The notes under the pieces were generated by a model. It was not told the DNA's origin. It was given only the letters and a program-made list of their open reading frames with translations, and searched no databases. Source: Deltaproteobacteria bacterium (GTDB taxonomy: Bacteria > Myxococcota_A > UBA9160 > SMWR01). Taken from it: DNA of 64,000 nucleotides. The translations under genes and the position numbers were made by a program. Numbering within the stretch: position 1 is the stretch's first letter; every line of letters starts with the position of its first letter. The stretch is taken from positions 7,879-71,878 of the forward strand of contig JAQBGU010000107.1 in NCBI GenBank assembly GCA_032128375.1, given 5' to 3'. Below are positions 8,886 to 19,800 of the stretch, in pieces.

Positions 8886-10483
8886 CACAGGAAATCCGCT
8901 GGCATCGCGGGAATCGAGCGATTCAGACGCAGCTCGCGACGACGCTCGCCGATCCGTCGCGCCATGTTGGAAAACTCGAGTTGCTATTCGATCGACCTGG
9001 CCGCCGGCGGCTGTTCCGGCTCACGACCGACGCCGGAGACCGGCTATTTGTCAAACAAATATGTCGGCGAAGCTTTCGGGCGTTTCGCGGCGCAGCGGAG
9101 GCGGCCGGCCTCGATGCCGCGGCTCGCGAGTGGCGGGCGCTTTCGACGTTGCACCGCGCGGGAGTTGCAGTCCCCGAGCCAATCGCACTCGGGACGCTGT
9201 CAAACGGAGACCGAGTCGTGGCAACGCGCTTTGTCGAGGGCTCGACCCTGAAGGATCGCCTCGAAGAACCGGACCGCTGCACCCGCAGTGAACACAACGC
9301 GATGCTCGTCGCCGTCGGAAAACTCGTGCACTGTTTCCACGTTGCCGGCTACATACACCGAGATCTTCACTGGGGAAACATCCTGATCGCGAAATCCGGG
9401 CCAGTCCTTTTGGACTTGCAAGCCGCGCTGCCAGCCAGCGTCGCATTCGCGCGTCGGCGCGATCTGGGCCACCTCGACTACTCGGTCTCTCAGCAATTGA
9501 CCATCAGTGACCGCACCCGTCTTCGCGCCGCTGCTCTCGGGATCGAAGGCAGATTCGGTCCTGCCGAACGCCGAGCGTTGCGCGCGGTCGGCGAAGCGTC
9601 GATCACATCGGGGCGCACGCACGCAGCCAGTCGTACACGTCGATCGCTTCGACCGGGGCGCCAGTACGCGTCAATCCGTTTCGGTCTCCACCGCGGGCTG
9701 CGCCGACGCGAGGTGTCCGAACGCGACGTTGCGACGGTATTGGCGGCATGCGACGCATCGCGGAGCGACGCAGGCTGCCAGATCCTGAAGGCCGACGCGC
9801 GAGCCCAGGTATCCGCGGTATCGGCGGGCAACCTCAGCTGGATCGTCAAGGACTACCGCAACGGCGGCTGGCTGAGACGCGCAGCAGACCTGTTTCGCGG
9901 CTCACCGGCGCGCCGTGCATGGCTCGGGGGGCACGGCCTGCTGGCTCGGGGAATCGGCAGCGCGCGACCACTTGCGTTCGTCGAGCGCCGGCGCTTCGGG
10001 GTTCCAGTCGCGTCCACGATCGTCTTGGAGGATCTGCGGGGTCTCGAGTCGGCTGATGACTGTCCAACCGATTGGGCCGACGAACGGGAAATCCTGGCTG
10101 CGCTGTCGCGACTCGCGATCGACTTGCATCGACGCGGCGGCATCCACGGAGACCTGAAGGCGAGCCACGTCCTGCTGGAGCGAGCGGCCGACGGCTTGAA
10201 TGGGCGCTTGATCGATCTCGATGGAGTGCGCTTCCGACGCCGCCTTTCGGATCGCGCGCGGATCCACTCTCTGGCTCAGCTGAACGCGTCGCTACCGGAT
10301 CACATCTCCAACGCCGAACGCCTGCGCGCGTTCGGCCGCTACGCGGCCGCGATACCGTTTCGCGGAGACACAAGACGCTGCCTGAGCGAAATCGTCGCCA
10401 TCAGTCTGGCGCGACGACACCGATGGACCGGCAGCGACTGCTCGCTCGCCAACCAGAATCGGCCCCAGGAGTCTGCGCGGTAG
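8882..10483 (+). CDS. Tandem (duplicated) lipopolysaccharide kinase (Kdo/WaaP) family protein
   Basis: Two kinase-like halves: HRDLHWGNIL...LLDLQ and HGDLKASHVLL...LIDLDG. TTG 8882 overlaps the GT4 stop (TTGA). The 8201..8881 part of the ORF overlaps the GT4 gene and is treated as non-coding. Confidence 0.7.
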   Translation: MTQEIRWHRGNRAIQTQLATTLADPSRHVGKLELLFDRPGRRRLFRLTTDAGDRLFVKQICRRSFRAFRGAAEAAGLDAAAREWRALSTLHRAGVAVPEPIALGTLSNGDRVVATRFVEGSTLKDRLEEPDRCTRSEHNAMLVAVGKLVHCFHVAGYIHRDLHWGNILIAKSGPVLLDLQAALPASVAFARRRDLGHLDYSVSQQLTISDRTRLRAAALGIEGRFGPAERRALRAVGEASITSGRTHAASRTRRSLRPGRQYASIRFGLHRGLRRREVSERDVATVLAACDASRSDAGCQILKADARAQVSAVSAGNLSWIVKDYRNGGWLRRAADLFRGSPARRAWLGGHGLLARGIGSARPLAFVERRRFGVPVASTIVLEDLRGLESADDCPTDWADEREILAALSRLAIDLHRRGGIHGDLKASHVLLERAADGLNGRLIDLDGVRFRRRLSDRARIHSLAQLNASLPDHISNAERLRAFGRYAAAIPFRGDTRRCLSEIVAISLARRHRWTGSDCSLANQNRPQESAR

Positions 10484-10573
10484 CACGCCAGCTCCAGCGT
10501 GCAGGCGACGACGTGGAAGCTTTCGCCGCGCAGCAGCGAACGCGCAACCAGGTCGCTCCCCCATCCAGCGGGT

Positions 10574-10879
10574 TCAGCGAGAGATCAGTACCCAGCGAAA
10601 GTAGCTCGACGAATTCGAGATCCGGCCCCCCTCACCCAGGCTATACGTCAGTTCGGGCGTCGCATGTGCGCCGTTGACGATCTCTTGGAACGCTTTCAGT
10701 TTCGCTTCGGGGTCGTCGGCGTTGTTGCCGTGGAAGACGATCTCGACTCGGGTTTTGCTCTCGATCACATTGAGGACCAGTGTCGCAAGCGTGAACAACT
10801 TCCCGATACCCTCAACGGCCTCGACCGAGAAGCGCGGGACATCTACTTGCGATAGCTCGAAGCCGTATTCGATTCGCAT
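10574..10879 (-). CDS. Hypothetical small protein
   Basis: 101-aa ORF with protein-like composition. GGAGAGAG Shine-Dalgarno-like sequence just upstream of the ATG. No family recognised. Confidence 0.5.
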   Translation of the reverse strand: MRIEYGFELSQVDVPRFSVEAVEGIGKLFTLATLVLNVIESKTRVEIVFHGNNADDPEAKLKAFQEIVNGAHATPELTYSLGEGGRISNSSSYFRWVLISR

Positions 10880-11042
10880 GGCTCTCTCCGTGTCTCCAGC
10901 GTGTCAGCGTGTCATGTGTTGAGTGGTTAGGTGTGCCGTGTTCCATGAAGCGCGCGCAGAGTGCCCTTGCCGCTTCGGGATGTCAATCGCCCGTCGCGTG
11001 TATGACCGGCGCGGCTACACAACTATGGCCGCAGCAGAACCC

Positions 11043-11975
11043 TCAAAGGTCTTCTTTGGCAACCGCTCGCAACCGATCGACCAGCTCGTCGCGGGTAAAG
11101 ATCCCTTTTTCGATCAGTAATTGCGCGATGGCTCTCAACATCGAATCGTTGGTGTTCCCGATCGCCGGCTTTGCGGGCAACATCTCCGGCGGTGGCTCGG
11201 CGAACTCGAGGATTTCTGGAATGTCGGGTTCGGGCTCGACCAACAACTCGGGCATGGACAGTTCGGCATCCGATTCCGTTTCGAATTCTGGCTCGAACGC
11301 CAGCTCGAAATCAGCCTCCAACTCCATCCCTTCAATACCCAGATCCGCATCGGCGAACTCCCCGCAGCCGATCTCCTCTTCGGCCAGTTGCTCTTCCGCC
11401 ATCGAGAATGAATCGGTGGCTGCAGCCAGCGGCCTCGGCTCGTGTGATTCGCCCGCGGGCTTTCTGATCGGTAGCGGACCGGAATGCAACGCGGAGTCGA
11501 GCGGCGCAATGCTGGAGGATTCCCAGTGGTAGTGGCGATGGATGCACTCGTTGAGTTCGGTGGGGCCGACGAGAACTGGCTGGACCACCATGCCGACTTC
11601 GGCTCTGATCTGCTCGAGAGCCGCAGTATCGGTCGGGTCTTCCATTCCCAGATACAGAACCTTCTGTGAACCTTCGCCATTGATCAGCAGCGGCAGGCAG
11701 CCGTATTTCTCCGCGACGGCAACAGGCACCAGCTCCAAGATTTCTGCATTGATGCGCTTGCTGCGCAGCGAGACGACGGGCAGTTTGAGATGGCTAGCCA
11801 GTGCGCGAATCAGCGTGGATTCATCGAGATAACCCAATCGCACCAGCGTCATTCCGAGCGGACTGTCCTGACTCTTCTGTTCCGCGAGTCCGTGCTTCAG
11901 CTCGGACTCGTTCACCACGCCTGCTGCCAGGAGCAAATCCCCCAATCGGGGCTGTTCGGGTCCGTTGTCCGTCAC
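11043..11975 (-). CDS. Stand-alone MshEN / T2SS-E N-terminal domain protein (putative c-di-GMP receptor)
   Basis: Residues 10-33 read RLGDLLLAAGVVNESELKHGLAEQ, fitting the published MshEN motif RLGxx(LVI)(LVI)xxG(LVI)(LVI)xxxxLxxxLxxQ. A second half-motif follows (LGMTLVRLGYLDESTLIRALASHL). There is no ATPase domain. An acidic linker and a short C-terminal helical region follow. Confidence 0.8.
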   Translation of the reverse strand: MTDNGPEQPRLGDLLLAAGVVNESELKHGLAEQKSQDSPLGMTLVRLGYLDESTLIRALASHLKLPVVSLRSKRINAEILELVPVAVAEKYGCLPLLINGEGSQKVLYLGMEDPTDTAALEQIRAEVGMVVQPVLVGPTELNECIHRHYHWESSSIAPLDSALHSGPLPIRKPAGESHEPRPLAAATDSFSMAEEQLAEEEIGCGEFADADLGIEGMELEADFELAFEPEFETESDAELSMPELLVEPEPDIPEILEFAEPPPEMLPAKPAIGNTNDSMLRAIAQLLIEKGIFTRDELVDRLRAVAKEDL

Positions 11976-12083
11976 GGTCAGTCAATCGGCCCAACGGGGC
12001 CGCGACCTTACCTCCAACGCTTGCCGCCCGAAAAGCGTCCGCAGAGCCTTTGCGCGCGCGGATACCGCAGGGGAAATTCGTTT

Positions 12084-13148
12084 TCAACTCAACGTGAAGG
12101 TCTCTCCGAGCTGCTGCCGAAGCTCGCTGCCCAGGCCCCGAAGAATCACGTCAGATTCGGCCTCATCGGTGTTGCACATCACGGCGATCGAAACCCGTCT
12201 CTCGGCCATCTTCGTGAAGTGCGCCACGCGCACGTCGTAGCCGGGCCCGCGACCTCCGTGACCGAACTCGGGACCCAAGGCCCCGTCGGGGTCCGCCATC
12301 AGGCCCAGCCCGTAGCACGGCGTCACCGCGGGGGGAAAATCGTCGGGAACGCGACACAGCGTTGTCATCTGGCCGAGCGAATCTCGTAACACCAGTTTTC
12401 CGCCGAATAGCGCGTGAAACATCTCGCATAGCTCAGCTGCGGTCGATGCGACCACGCCCGTTGCGCACCAGCGCGGATCCAGTACGTCGCGCACATCGTT
12501 GGGAGGCCCGGGCGGACAGAATCTGCGACTGAACCCCGGCGCCAGCGACGCAAACGAATCATCGACTGCGAACGTGCTCGAGAAGCCGAGTGGGCCCGCG
12601 ATGTGCTGGCCCACCGCGTCGGCAAAGCTCGAGTCGTTCGCTCGCTCGACAACCCGCTTGAGGAGCATGTAGCCGGTGTTCGAATAAGACCAGCCCGCGC
12701 CGGGATCGAAATCGAGGCCGCGCCGGCAACTGGCGTCGACGAACTGATCGAACGACCACGCCTTCCCTGGCGACTCGGCCAGCGCGATCACCTGTTCCTG
12801 GATCAAGCTGTAGTTTGGAACCCCGGCGCTGTGGTCGAGCAGGCGCCGCAACGACACGATGTCGCCGAAAGGCAGATCTGGCACCCATTTCGAGATCGCG
12901 TCGTCGAGCGCGAGTGCACCCGTTTCCGCCAGCCGAACCACGCAGATCGCGGTCACCGTCTTCGTGACGCTATAAGCCGGCATGCACGCATCAGCCGGCA
13001 TCGCGATGCTCTTCGCCAAGTCGCACGATCCAGCCGCACCGGCCCAGGCTCCCAGTCCATCGCAGCGGACGGCTGCCGTCGCGCCCAGCGCCCCAGCATC
13101 GACAACCAGGCGCTCGAATGTCCGTTGCAGCGCGATTTCGGTTCGCAC
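12084..13148 (-). CDS. Serine hydrolase, beta-lactamase/PBP4-like (class C fold)
   Basis: SxxK motif (YSVTKTV) and YSN-type motif (WSYSNTGY). Confidence 0.85.
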   Translation of the reverse strand: MRTEIALQRTFERLVVDAGALGATAAVRCDGLGAWAGAAGSCDLAKSIAMPADACMPAYSVTKTVTAICVVRLAETGALALDDAISKWVPDLPFGDIVSLRRLLDHSAGVPNYSLIQEQVIALAESPGKAWSFDQFVDASCRRGLDFDPGAGWSYSNTGYMLLKRVVERANDSSFADAVGQHIAGPLGFSSTFAVDDSFASLAPGFSRRFCPPGPPNDVRDVLDPRWCATGVVASTAAELCEMFHALFGGKLVLRDSLGQMTTLCRVPDDFPPAVTPCYGLGLMADPDGALGPEFGHGGRGPGYDVRVAHFTKMAERRVSIAVMCNTDEAESDVILRGLGSELRQQLGETFTLS

Positions 13149-13153
13149 GTCGA

Positions 13154-14053
13154 TCAGCGGCCCAGCCCTCCCGCGCGCGATCGACTGCCAGTGCGGATCG
13201 CGACAGACCCGCTGCGGACCGCCAGCTTCCCCCGGGCATTGAGAACGTCAAATCGAATCGAGTCTGCATCGGTGCAGAGAATCTGTAGCGTCAGTGTCGA
13301 TGGCATCGCGACCATCGCGCCGAGCCGTCCCGAGATCGCAAGAACGCGTGTTGCATCGCCATCGAGTTCGCAATCGACGATCGTCGAGACCGCCAGTGCG
13401 AGCGTGGCCGTGCCGTGCAGAATGATTCCAGGCAGCCCTGCCGTGGCCGCTACCGCCGCATCGGTGTGGATCGGGTTCCAGATACGCGCGCACTCCGAAT
13501 AGACGTGGGCCGCCTGCGCAGGGACCAGAACCTCTACGCTGCGTCGCACTTCGGGATCGATGATCCGTTTGGGCTCTGCCGGACGGTCCCCGATCGTCGT
13601 GTCTTCCCCCAAGACCTCGCTACCGCGATACAGAGACCCGTACCAGGTGGTGCAGACGGCCATCCCCGCAGCATCGACCGTCTCGAGTTCGACGACTTGA
13701 TAGGCACCCGCGCGATGGCGGCTGACCTCCACGACGCGCGCTCGTGTACGCAGCGTCTGGCCGGCACGTATCGGCTGATGAACGATGAGGTCATGTGTGA
13801 AGTGGACTCCGCGCACCCGTTCATCCGCCTTGAGGTCCTGGTTTTCGACCCAACCGGCGACGCTCAGGAAAACCGGCCACTCGAAGCAGACGGGAAACAA
13901 CGGATGAGCGAGCACGTCCGGGCGCACGGCGGTGTCTGTGTACTGCGCGGACGCATTCCCGATTCCAGCCGCGTAGGCCATGGTCCAGCGAGCGTCGATG
14001 GGGGTCGAAAACCAATCGCCGATTGCACCGACGCTACGCGAGGAAAGCGGCAC
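13154..14053 (-). CDS. MaoC-like (double hot-dog) dehydratase
   Basis: C-terminal half carries WNPIHTD...GLPGIILHG, typical of MaoC dehydratase. The length fits two hot-dog folds. Confidence 0.75.
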   Translation of the reverse strand: MPLSSRSVGAIGDWFSTPIDARWTMAYAAGIGNASAQYTDTAVRPDVLAHPLFPVCFEWPVFLSVAGWVENQDLKADERVRGVHFTHDLIVHQPIRAGQTLRTRARVVEVSRHRAGAYQVVELETVDAAGMAVCTTWYGSLYRGSEVLGEDTTIGDRPAEPKRIIDPEVRRSVEVLVPAQAAHVYSECARIWNPIHTDAAVAATAGLPGIILHGTATLALAVSTIVDCELDGDATRVLAISGRLGAMVAMPSTLTLQILCTDADSIRFDVLNARGKLAVRSGSVAIRTGSRSRAGGLGR

Positions 14054-14056
14054 CGC

Positions 14057-14755
14057 CTAGCCGGGGAGCGAGCCGGTCAAGGATACGCGTTGTGAAATCT
14101 CGATCCAGTTGCCGTCCGGATCGCGGATGAACGCGATCCGAGCGATCTTTCCGAGTGTCATCGGAGAAAATCCCGGCATGGCGCCCCGGTCGACTGCACT
14201 GGCATATTCGGCATCGACGTCCCAGACCTGGACCGTGAGGTATCGAAATCCGGGAGCGCGCATGACCTCGTTGCAGGTGACCGGTGCGTCGGCGGTCACC
14301 GCCGGATCCTCCGCGAACAAAAGCATCGTGTTTCCCCAGCGGTACGACTGCTCGGCGACCGGATCCAGTCCAAGGACCCGAGCGTAGAACGCGTGATGTG
14401 CCTTGGCGCTGTGAACCGCGAGCCGGATGCCGATGCCGTCTATCCCGGCGTAGCCCGGTGGGACCAACCGCACCCGGTTGCCGTCCGGGTCGAGCAGCGC
14501 TCGCTCGGCCACGAGCCCCTCCCGCGCGATCAACAGCTCGCGGTAGCCGCTCGGTGCGAGATCAGCCAGCGGTTCACGGGAGTGGTTGAGCTTGAACACC
14601 GAGCCATTGAGGGCATGACGATACTGCCGAACACCGCGTCCGGCGGGCAGCATTTCCTCATACGGCAGCGCTACGTCGGAGCACCAAAATTCGAGCATCG
14701 CGTCGCGATCGACCGTATACAGGCCAAAATCCAGAACATCCTTGGCCAATTTCAC
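14057..14755 (-). CDS. VOC (glyoxalase/bleomycin resistance/dioxygenase) family protein
   Basis: Two-module VOC-like architecture. C-terminal [12 protein letters not shown] is a typical VOC beta-strand motif. Confidence 0.7.
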   Translation of the reverse strand: MKLAKDVLDFGLYTVDRDAMLEFWCSDVALPYEEMLPAGRGVRQYRHALNGSVFKLNHSREPLADLAPSGYRELLIAREGLVAERALLDPDGNRVRLVPPGYAGIDGIGIRLAVHSAKAHHAFYARVLGLDPVAEQSYRWGNTMLLFAEDPAVTADAPVTCNEVMRAPGFRYLTVQVWDVDAEYASAVDRGAMPGFSPMTLGKIARIAFIRDPDGNWIEISQRVSLTGSLPG

Positions 14756-15024
14756 GAGGAGCCTCCGGAATGAACAGACAGTCCTGGTTGGTGACGCGCG
14801 CGAATCTCGAGAACCTCGTCGACGGCGGGTTCGCCTCTGTGGTTTTCGCCAGCATAACGGAGGATCCCAGACCCCAGCCAGGATCCGCCCTGAATCCAGC
14901 CAGCGCGGTGTTCGGCCAGAAGAACAGGTCGCGTGATTCGACTCCTGTTCCGGTGCGCCATCTGCTACTCAGTGCCCCGGGGGAAGATCCACTGACAGCC
15001 CATCCGGCAGTCCACGAATGACGC

Positions 15025-16029
15025 ATGACCACTGAGCCGCCGCGCGCCGAAGCGCTGCTCGAAGTCATCGACCTCGTCACGTCCTTTCGGACCGAGGCGG
15101 GGACGATTCGCGCAGTCGACCAGGTGAGCTTCTCAGTCGAGACCGGTCGCACCGTGGCATTGGTGGGCGAGTCGGGCTGCGGCAAGAGTGTCACGGCGCT
15201 GTCGCTCATGCGTCTGATCCCCACCACCAACGGTCGCATCGACAGTGGCGCTGTCCGCTTCAACGGCACGGATCTCTTGGGCTTGTCCGAGCGCGAAATG
15301 CGTGACATCCGCGGCAACGAGATCTCGATGATCTTCCAGGAATCGATGACGGCACTGAACCCGGTTTTCACCGTGGGGCAGCAGATCATGGAGATCTTCA
15401 AAACCCATCGCGGTTACGGTCGCTCGCGAGCGCGAGCGGCCGCCATCGCGATGCTCACCGAAGTCAAGATTCCGAACCCCGGGCAACGTGTCGACGAATA
15501 TCCGTTCCAGTTATCCGGCGGAATGCTCCAGCGTGTGATGATCGCAATGGCTCTCGCATGTGAGCCGAGCCTGCTGATCGCCGATGAACCCACCACAGCG
15601 CTAGACGTGACGATTCAGGCGCAGATTCTCACTTTGATGCAGAACCTGCAGCAGGAACACCACACCGCGATCATTCTGATCACGCACGACCTCGGTGTAG
15701 TCGCGGAGTTCGCAGACAGTGTCGTCATCATGTACGCCGGTAGGGTCGCGGAGCGCGGGGACGTATTCACGATCTTCGAGGATCCAAAGCATCCCTATAC
15801 CCAAGGGCTGATGCGGGCGATCCCAGGACTCGAGGACAACCGGACTGGCGGGCTGTCCACCATCGAAGGCAACGTGCCCTCGCTCCAGAACCTGCCCCAG
15901 GGCTGCCGCTTCCATCCGCGCTGCCCTCATGCCCAGGAGCTGTGTCGCAGCGAAGTTCCGCAGCTCGAGCAGGTCTCCGACACACACGATGTCGCGTGTC
16001 ATCTCGTCGCTGGGAGGCTCGCTTCGTGA
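15025..16029 (+). CDS. Oligopeptide/dipeptide ABC transporter ATP-binding protein (OppD/DppD-like)
   Basis: Walker A GESGCGKS, signature LSGGMLQR, Walker [13 protein letters not shown], and the C-terminal Opp-type CxFxxRC segment. Confidence 0.9.
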   Translation: MTTEPPRAEALLEVIDLVTSFRTEAGTIRAVDQVSFSVETGRTVALVGESGCGKSVTALSLMRLIPTTNGRIDSGAVRFNGTDLLGLSEREMRDIRGNEISMIFQESMTALNPVFTVGQQIMEIFKTHRGYGRSRARAAAIAMLTEVKIPNPGQRVDEYPFQLSGGMLQRVMIAMALACEPSLLIADEPTTALDVTIQAQILTLMQNLQQEHHTAIILITHDLGVVAEFADSVVIMYAGRVAERGDVFTIFEDPKHPYTQGLMRAIPGLEDNRTGGLSTIEGNVPSLQNLPQGCRFHPRCPHAQELCRSEVPQLEQVSDTHDVACHLVAGRLAS

Positions 16030-17009
16030 CCGCGTTACTCGAGGCCCGCGACGTCAAGATGCACTTCCCCGTCACGGGAGGACTCCTCAAGCGCCGCGTC
16101 GGCACCGTATTCGCCGTCGACGGCGTGAGCTTCACGCTCGAGCGGGGGAAGACCTTGGGCATCGTCGGCGAGTCGGGCTGCGGCAAATCGACACTCGGTC
16201 GGACCTTGGTTCGCCTCTACCGACCGACCGATGGCTCGATCCTTTTTGGTGGTCGAGACATCTCGAATCTGCCCAACAGCGATCTGGTCTCGCTGCGTCG
16301 TCGGATGCAAATGATTTTTCAAGACCCTTATTCGTCTCTGAATCCGCGCAAATCGATTCGTTCAACACTGGAAGAACCCATGCGGATCCACGCTATCGGC
16401 GACGCCCGGGAGCATTTCGAGCGGGTCGCATTGCTGATGGAAAAGGTCGGTCTTCGCCATGACGATCTGCACAAGTATCCGCATGAATTCAGCGGCGGCC
16501 AGCGCCAACGAATCGGCATCGCGCGAGCACTGGTTCTGGGGCCGGAGCTGATCGTCGCTGACGAACCTGTTTCGGCTCTCGACGTCTCCATCCAGAGCCA
16601 GGTCTTGAATCTGCTCGTAGACCTCCAACGTGAGTTCTCGCTCACATACGTTTTCATTTCCCACGATCTGACCGTGGTCAAATACGTTTCAGACCGCGTC
16701 GCCGTGATGTACCTCGGTCGCATCGTGGAGATTGCAGATGCCCAGAGCATCTACCAGCATCCCGCGCATCCCTACACGCAGGCCCTGCTCGCATCTCTCC
16801 CGATCGCCGATCCACGCCAGCGTCGGGTGCGCCAAACGCTCGACGGTGACGTGCCAAACCCGAGCCAGCCACCTCCTGGCTGCGCTTTTCACACCCGCTG
16901 CCCCCACGTGCGCGACATCTGCAGGCAGCAGGCCCCGACGCTGGAAAGGCTAACGGACGGATCGGACCACTACGCCGCATGCCACTTCACAGAAGAGCTT
17001 CGAACATAG
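16026..17009 (+). CDS. Oligopeptide/dipeptide ABC transporter ATP-binding protein (OppF/DppF-like)
   Basis: Walker [10 protein letters not shown], signature FSGGQRQR, Walker [16 protein letters not shown] 16026 forms a GTGA overlap with the upstream stop. Confidence 0.9.
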   Translation: MTALLEARDVKMHFPVTGGLLKRRVGTVFAVDGVSFTLERGKTLGIVGESGCGKSTLGRTLVRLYRPTDGSILFGGRDISNLPNSDLVSLRRRMQMIFQDPYSSLNPRKSIRSTLEEPMRIHAIGDAREHFERVALLMEKVGLRHDDLHKYPHEFSGGQRQRIGIARALVLGPELIVADEPVSALDVSIQSQVLNLLVDLQREFSLTYVFISHDLTVVKYVSDRVAVMYLGRIVEIADAQSIYQHPAHPYTQALLASLPIADPRQRRVRQTLDGDVPNPSQPPPGCAFHTRCPHVRDICRQQAPTLERLTDGSDHYAACHFTEELRT

Positions 17010-17020
17010 GAGCGAGAACC

Positions 17021-18868
17021 ATGAAAGCACCCAAAATCACCCGACGCAGTTGTCGACCGTTCGCAAGGCCAGCCGTGTGGGCCGCCGCCATTCTCGCGCT
17101 CGCCGCCACCGGCGGCTGTGGTGATGGGGTGGGCGAGCAGGCGACAAGCACCTCGATCGACAATCCGTCTGCACACGAGACGGTCTTCTATGGGCGTCGA
17201 AGCTCCGCGCACAAAAATCTGGATCCGATCAAGCAATTCGACCAGGCGTCGTCTGAGATTCTGATGAACGTGTACGACACGTTGCTCTCCTATCACTACC
17301 TCAAGCGGCCCTATGAGCTTGTGCCGCTGTTGCTCGAAGAAATGCCGCAGAAGCAGCCAGATGGTGTCACTTACTCGTTTACACTCAAAAAGGGGGTTCA
17401 CTTCAACGACGACGCGTGCTTCGAGGGTGGGAAGGGACGTGAGCTCACGGTCGACGACGTGTTCTACAGCATCAAGCGCTTCGCGGACGCCAACGAGAAC
17501 GTCAAGAGCTACCCGCTTCTCGCGGGCTTCGTGTTGGGCCTCGACGAATTTCACGAGCAGACGCGCGAACTCGGCAAAGGTATCGATTACGCGGCCCACG
17601 ACGTAGCGGGCCTCATCCGCATCGACGACTACCGATTCCAGATTCGCTTCACGGGCGACAACCCGTTGGCCCTATATCCGTTCGCGGCGCAGATCATGTC
17701 GATCGTTCCAAAGGAAGGGGTCGACCGCTACGGCGAGGACTTCGCCAACCACCCGGTCGGCACGGGCCCCTTCACGATCAAGGAGTACTCGCGGCGAGGC
17801 ACCATCGTGCTCGCGAAGAATCCGAACTACCACGATCGCTACCCGGCGGAGGGCGCGCCGGGCGACCAGGAGATGGGTCTCCTGGCGGATGCAGGCGAGC
17901 CGCTGCCGTTCGCGGACGAGGTTCGCCTGCCGCTGATCGAAGAGCCGCAGCCCGCCATGCTGCAGTTCCGCAAGGGGCAGATCGACTGGCTCGGCATGGA
18001 CAAGGACAGCTTCACCAAAATGGCTTCTCGAGATGACGAGGGCGCGTTTCACTTGAAACCGCCCTTCGACGAACAGTTCAACATGTACGTGGAACCCGGC
18101 TTGAGCGCGGAATTCATTGTATTCAACATGGACGATCCTCTCGTCGGGGCGAACAAGCTGCTGCGCCATGCGATCGCGCTGGCTCTGGATGTCGACGAAT
18201 TCATCAAGACGCTACTCAATGATCGCGGCATGCCCCTTTCCACGATCGTCCCGCACCCGATCGCCGGCAGCGAGACAGACATCGGATTCAACAGACGCGG
18301 TGTCGACGTCGAAGCGGCCAAGCGCAAGCTCGCCGAAGCCGGCTATCCGGGGGGCGAGGGGCTGCCTGAGCTCACGATCGACTACCGCGCCTCGACGAAA
18401 GACGCGCGGCAGGGCTTCGAGTTTGTTCGCAACGAACTCGCACGCATCGGCGTTCGAGTCAAACCCAACTTCCAGACATTCTCAGCCTTCTTGAAGCGGA
18501 TCGAATCGGGGAACTTTCAGATCATCGTCGCAGGCTGGGCGGCGGATTTTCCCGACGCCGAAAACTTCTTTCAACTCCTGTACAGCGAAAACAGAGTACC
18601 GCTGCCGAACCACGGCAATTTCGACAATGCCGAGTACGACGAGCACTACCTGGCGTCACGGTTCATGCCGAACGGCCCCGATCGCTACGAACACTTCCGG
18701 CGCATGTCAGAGATCATCCAGGAAGAAGTACCGCTCATTCTTCGGTTCAACGGCCTTCACTTCGGGATCTACCAACGCTGGATCGGAAACATGAAGCGAA
18801 ACATCATGCTCGACCGGCCGTACAAATATTTTCGCGTCAATGACGGGCGGAGAGACCCGAGCAGCTGA
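17021..18868 (+). CDS. ABC transporter substrate-binding protein, family 5 (peptide/nickel)
   Basis: ATG 17021 is preceded by AGGAG. Has a signal peptide with LAATGGC lipobox-like Cys. The approximately 615 aa length and sequence character are typical of family 5 SBPs. Confidence 0.9.
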   Translation: MKAPKITRRSCRPFARPAVWAAAILALAATGGCGDGVGEQATSTSIDNPSAHETVFYGRRSSAHKNLDPIKQFDQASSEILMNVYDTLLSYHYLKRPYELVPLLLEEMPQKQPDGVTYSFTLKKGVHFNDDACFEGGKGRELTVDDVFYSIKRFADANENVKSYPLLAGFVLGLDEFHEQTRELGKGIDYAAHDVAGLIRIDDYRFQIRFTGDNPLALYPFAAQIMSIVPKEGVDRYGEDFANHPVGTGPFTIKEYSRRGTIVLAKNPNYHDRYPAEGAPGDQEMGLLADAGEPLPFADEVRLPLIEEPQPAMLQFRKGQIDWLGMDKDSFTKMASRDDEGAFHLKPPFDEQFNMYVEPGLSAEFIVFNMDDPLVGANKLLRHAIALALDVDEFIKTLLNDRGMPLSTIVPHPIAGSETDIGFNRRGVDVEAAKRKLAEAGYPGGEGLPELTIDYRASTKDARQGFEFVRNELARIGVRVKPNFQTFSAFLKRIESGNFQIIVAGWAADFPDAENFFQLLYSENRVPLPNHGNFDNAEYDEHYLASRFMPNGPDRYEHFRRMSEIIQEEVPLILRFNGLHFGIYQRWIGNMKRNIMLDRPYKYFRVNDGRRDPSS

Positions 18869-19800
18869 TGCTGCAATACGTGACCCGGCGATTGTTCCAC
18901 ATGATCCCGATCGTGATCGGGGTGGCCGCGCTCGTCTTCACGTTGTTCACCACCGTGGGAGAGGACCCCGCGCTCGTTGCGCTCGGGCAGCACGCCACGG
19001 CAGAGGCCATCGCCGACCTGCGTGCCGAGTGGGGACTCGACAAGCCGATCCTGATGCAGTTCGTCGACTTTCTCGGCCAGATCGCGACGTTCGACTACGG
19101 GCGTTCATTCAACACCAATGAAAAGCTTTCCGACATCTTCCGTTCGGGTGCTGCCATCTCGCTATCTCTCACCGTGCTTCCCTACTTCTTTGGAGCGTTG
19201 ACGAACATTGCGATCGCCATGTTGATCGCATTCTACCGCGGAAGCCTGTTCGACCGCCTTTCTACCGTGCTGTTCGTGGCCGGTATGAGTATCTCGTACC
19301 TCGTCTACATCATCGCATTCCAGTACCTGCTCGCGTTTCAATTCGACTGGTTTCCCATCAACGGCTATGCGACGGGTGCCGGCGGTGTGAAATACCTGCT
19401 CCTACCCTGGATCATCATTCTCGTGGTGGCGGCCGGCCCAGAAATTCGCGTGTACCGAACCGTCTTCCTCGATGAAACCAACGCCGACTATGTCCGCACC
19501 GCATTTGCGAAGGGACTGGGCAGCGGCCGTGTGCTGTTCAAACACATCCTGAAGAACGCGATGATCCCCATTCTCACCAACATGGTGATTGGAATTCCAT
19601 TCCTCATTTTGGGTGCATTCCTGCTGGAGCGGTTCTTCAGTATTCCCGGGCTCGGTGACATATTGATCAACGCCATCAACACAGGCGACTTCCCGATCAT
19701 CAAGGGACTCTCCGTGTTGATCGCAATCGCGTATTCGTTTTTCAATCTCCTGACCGATGTGCTGTACGCGTTCGTGGATCCGCGGGTGCAACTCTCGTGA
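18868..19800 (+). CDS. Peptide ABC transporter permease (OppB/DppB-like)
   Basis: Polytopic membrane protein with an EAA-type loop region (YVRTAFAKGL). Confidence 0.9.
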   Translation: MLQYVTRRLFHMIPIVIGVAALVFTLFTTVGEDPALVALGQHATAEAIADLRAEWGLDKPILMQFVDFLGQIATFDYGRSFNTNEKLSDIFRSGAAISLSLTVLPYFFGALTNIAIAMLIAFYRGSLFDRLSTVLFVAGMSISYLVYIIAFQYLLAFQFDWFPINGYATGAGGVKYLLLPWIIILVVAAGPEIRVYRTVFLDETNADYVRTAFAKGLGSGRVLFKHILKNAMIPILTNMVIGIPFLILGAFLLERFFSIPGLGDILINAINTGDFPIIKGLSVLIAIAYSFFNLLTDVLYAFVDPRVQLS

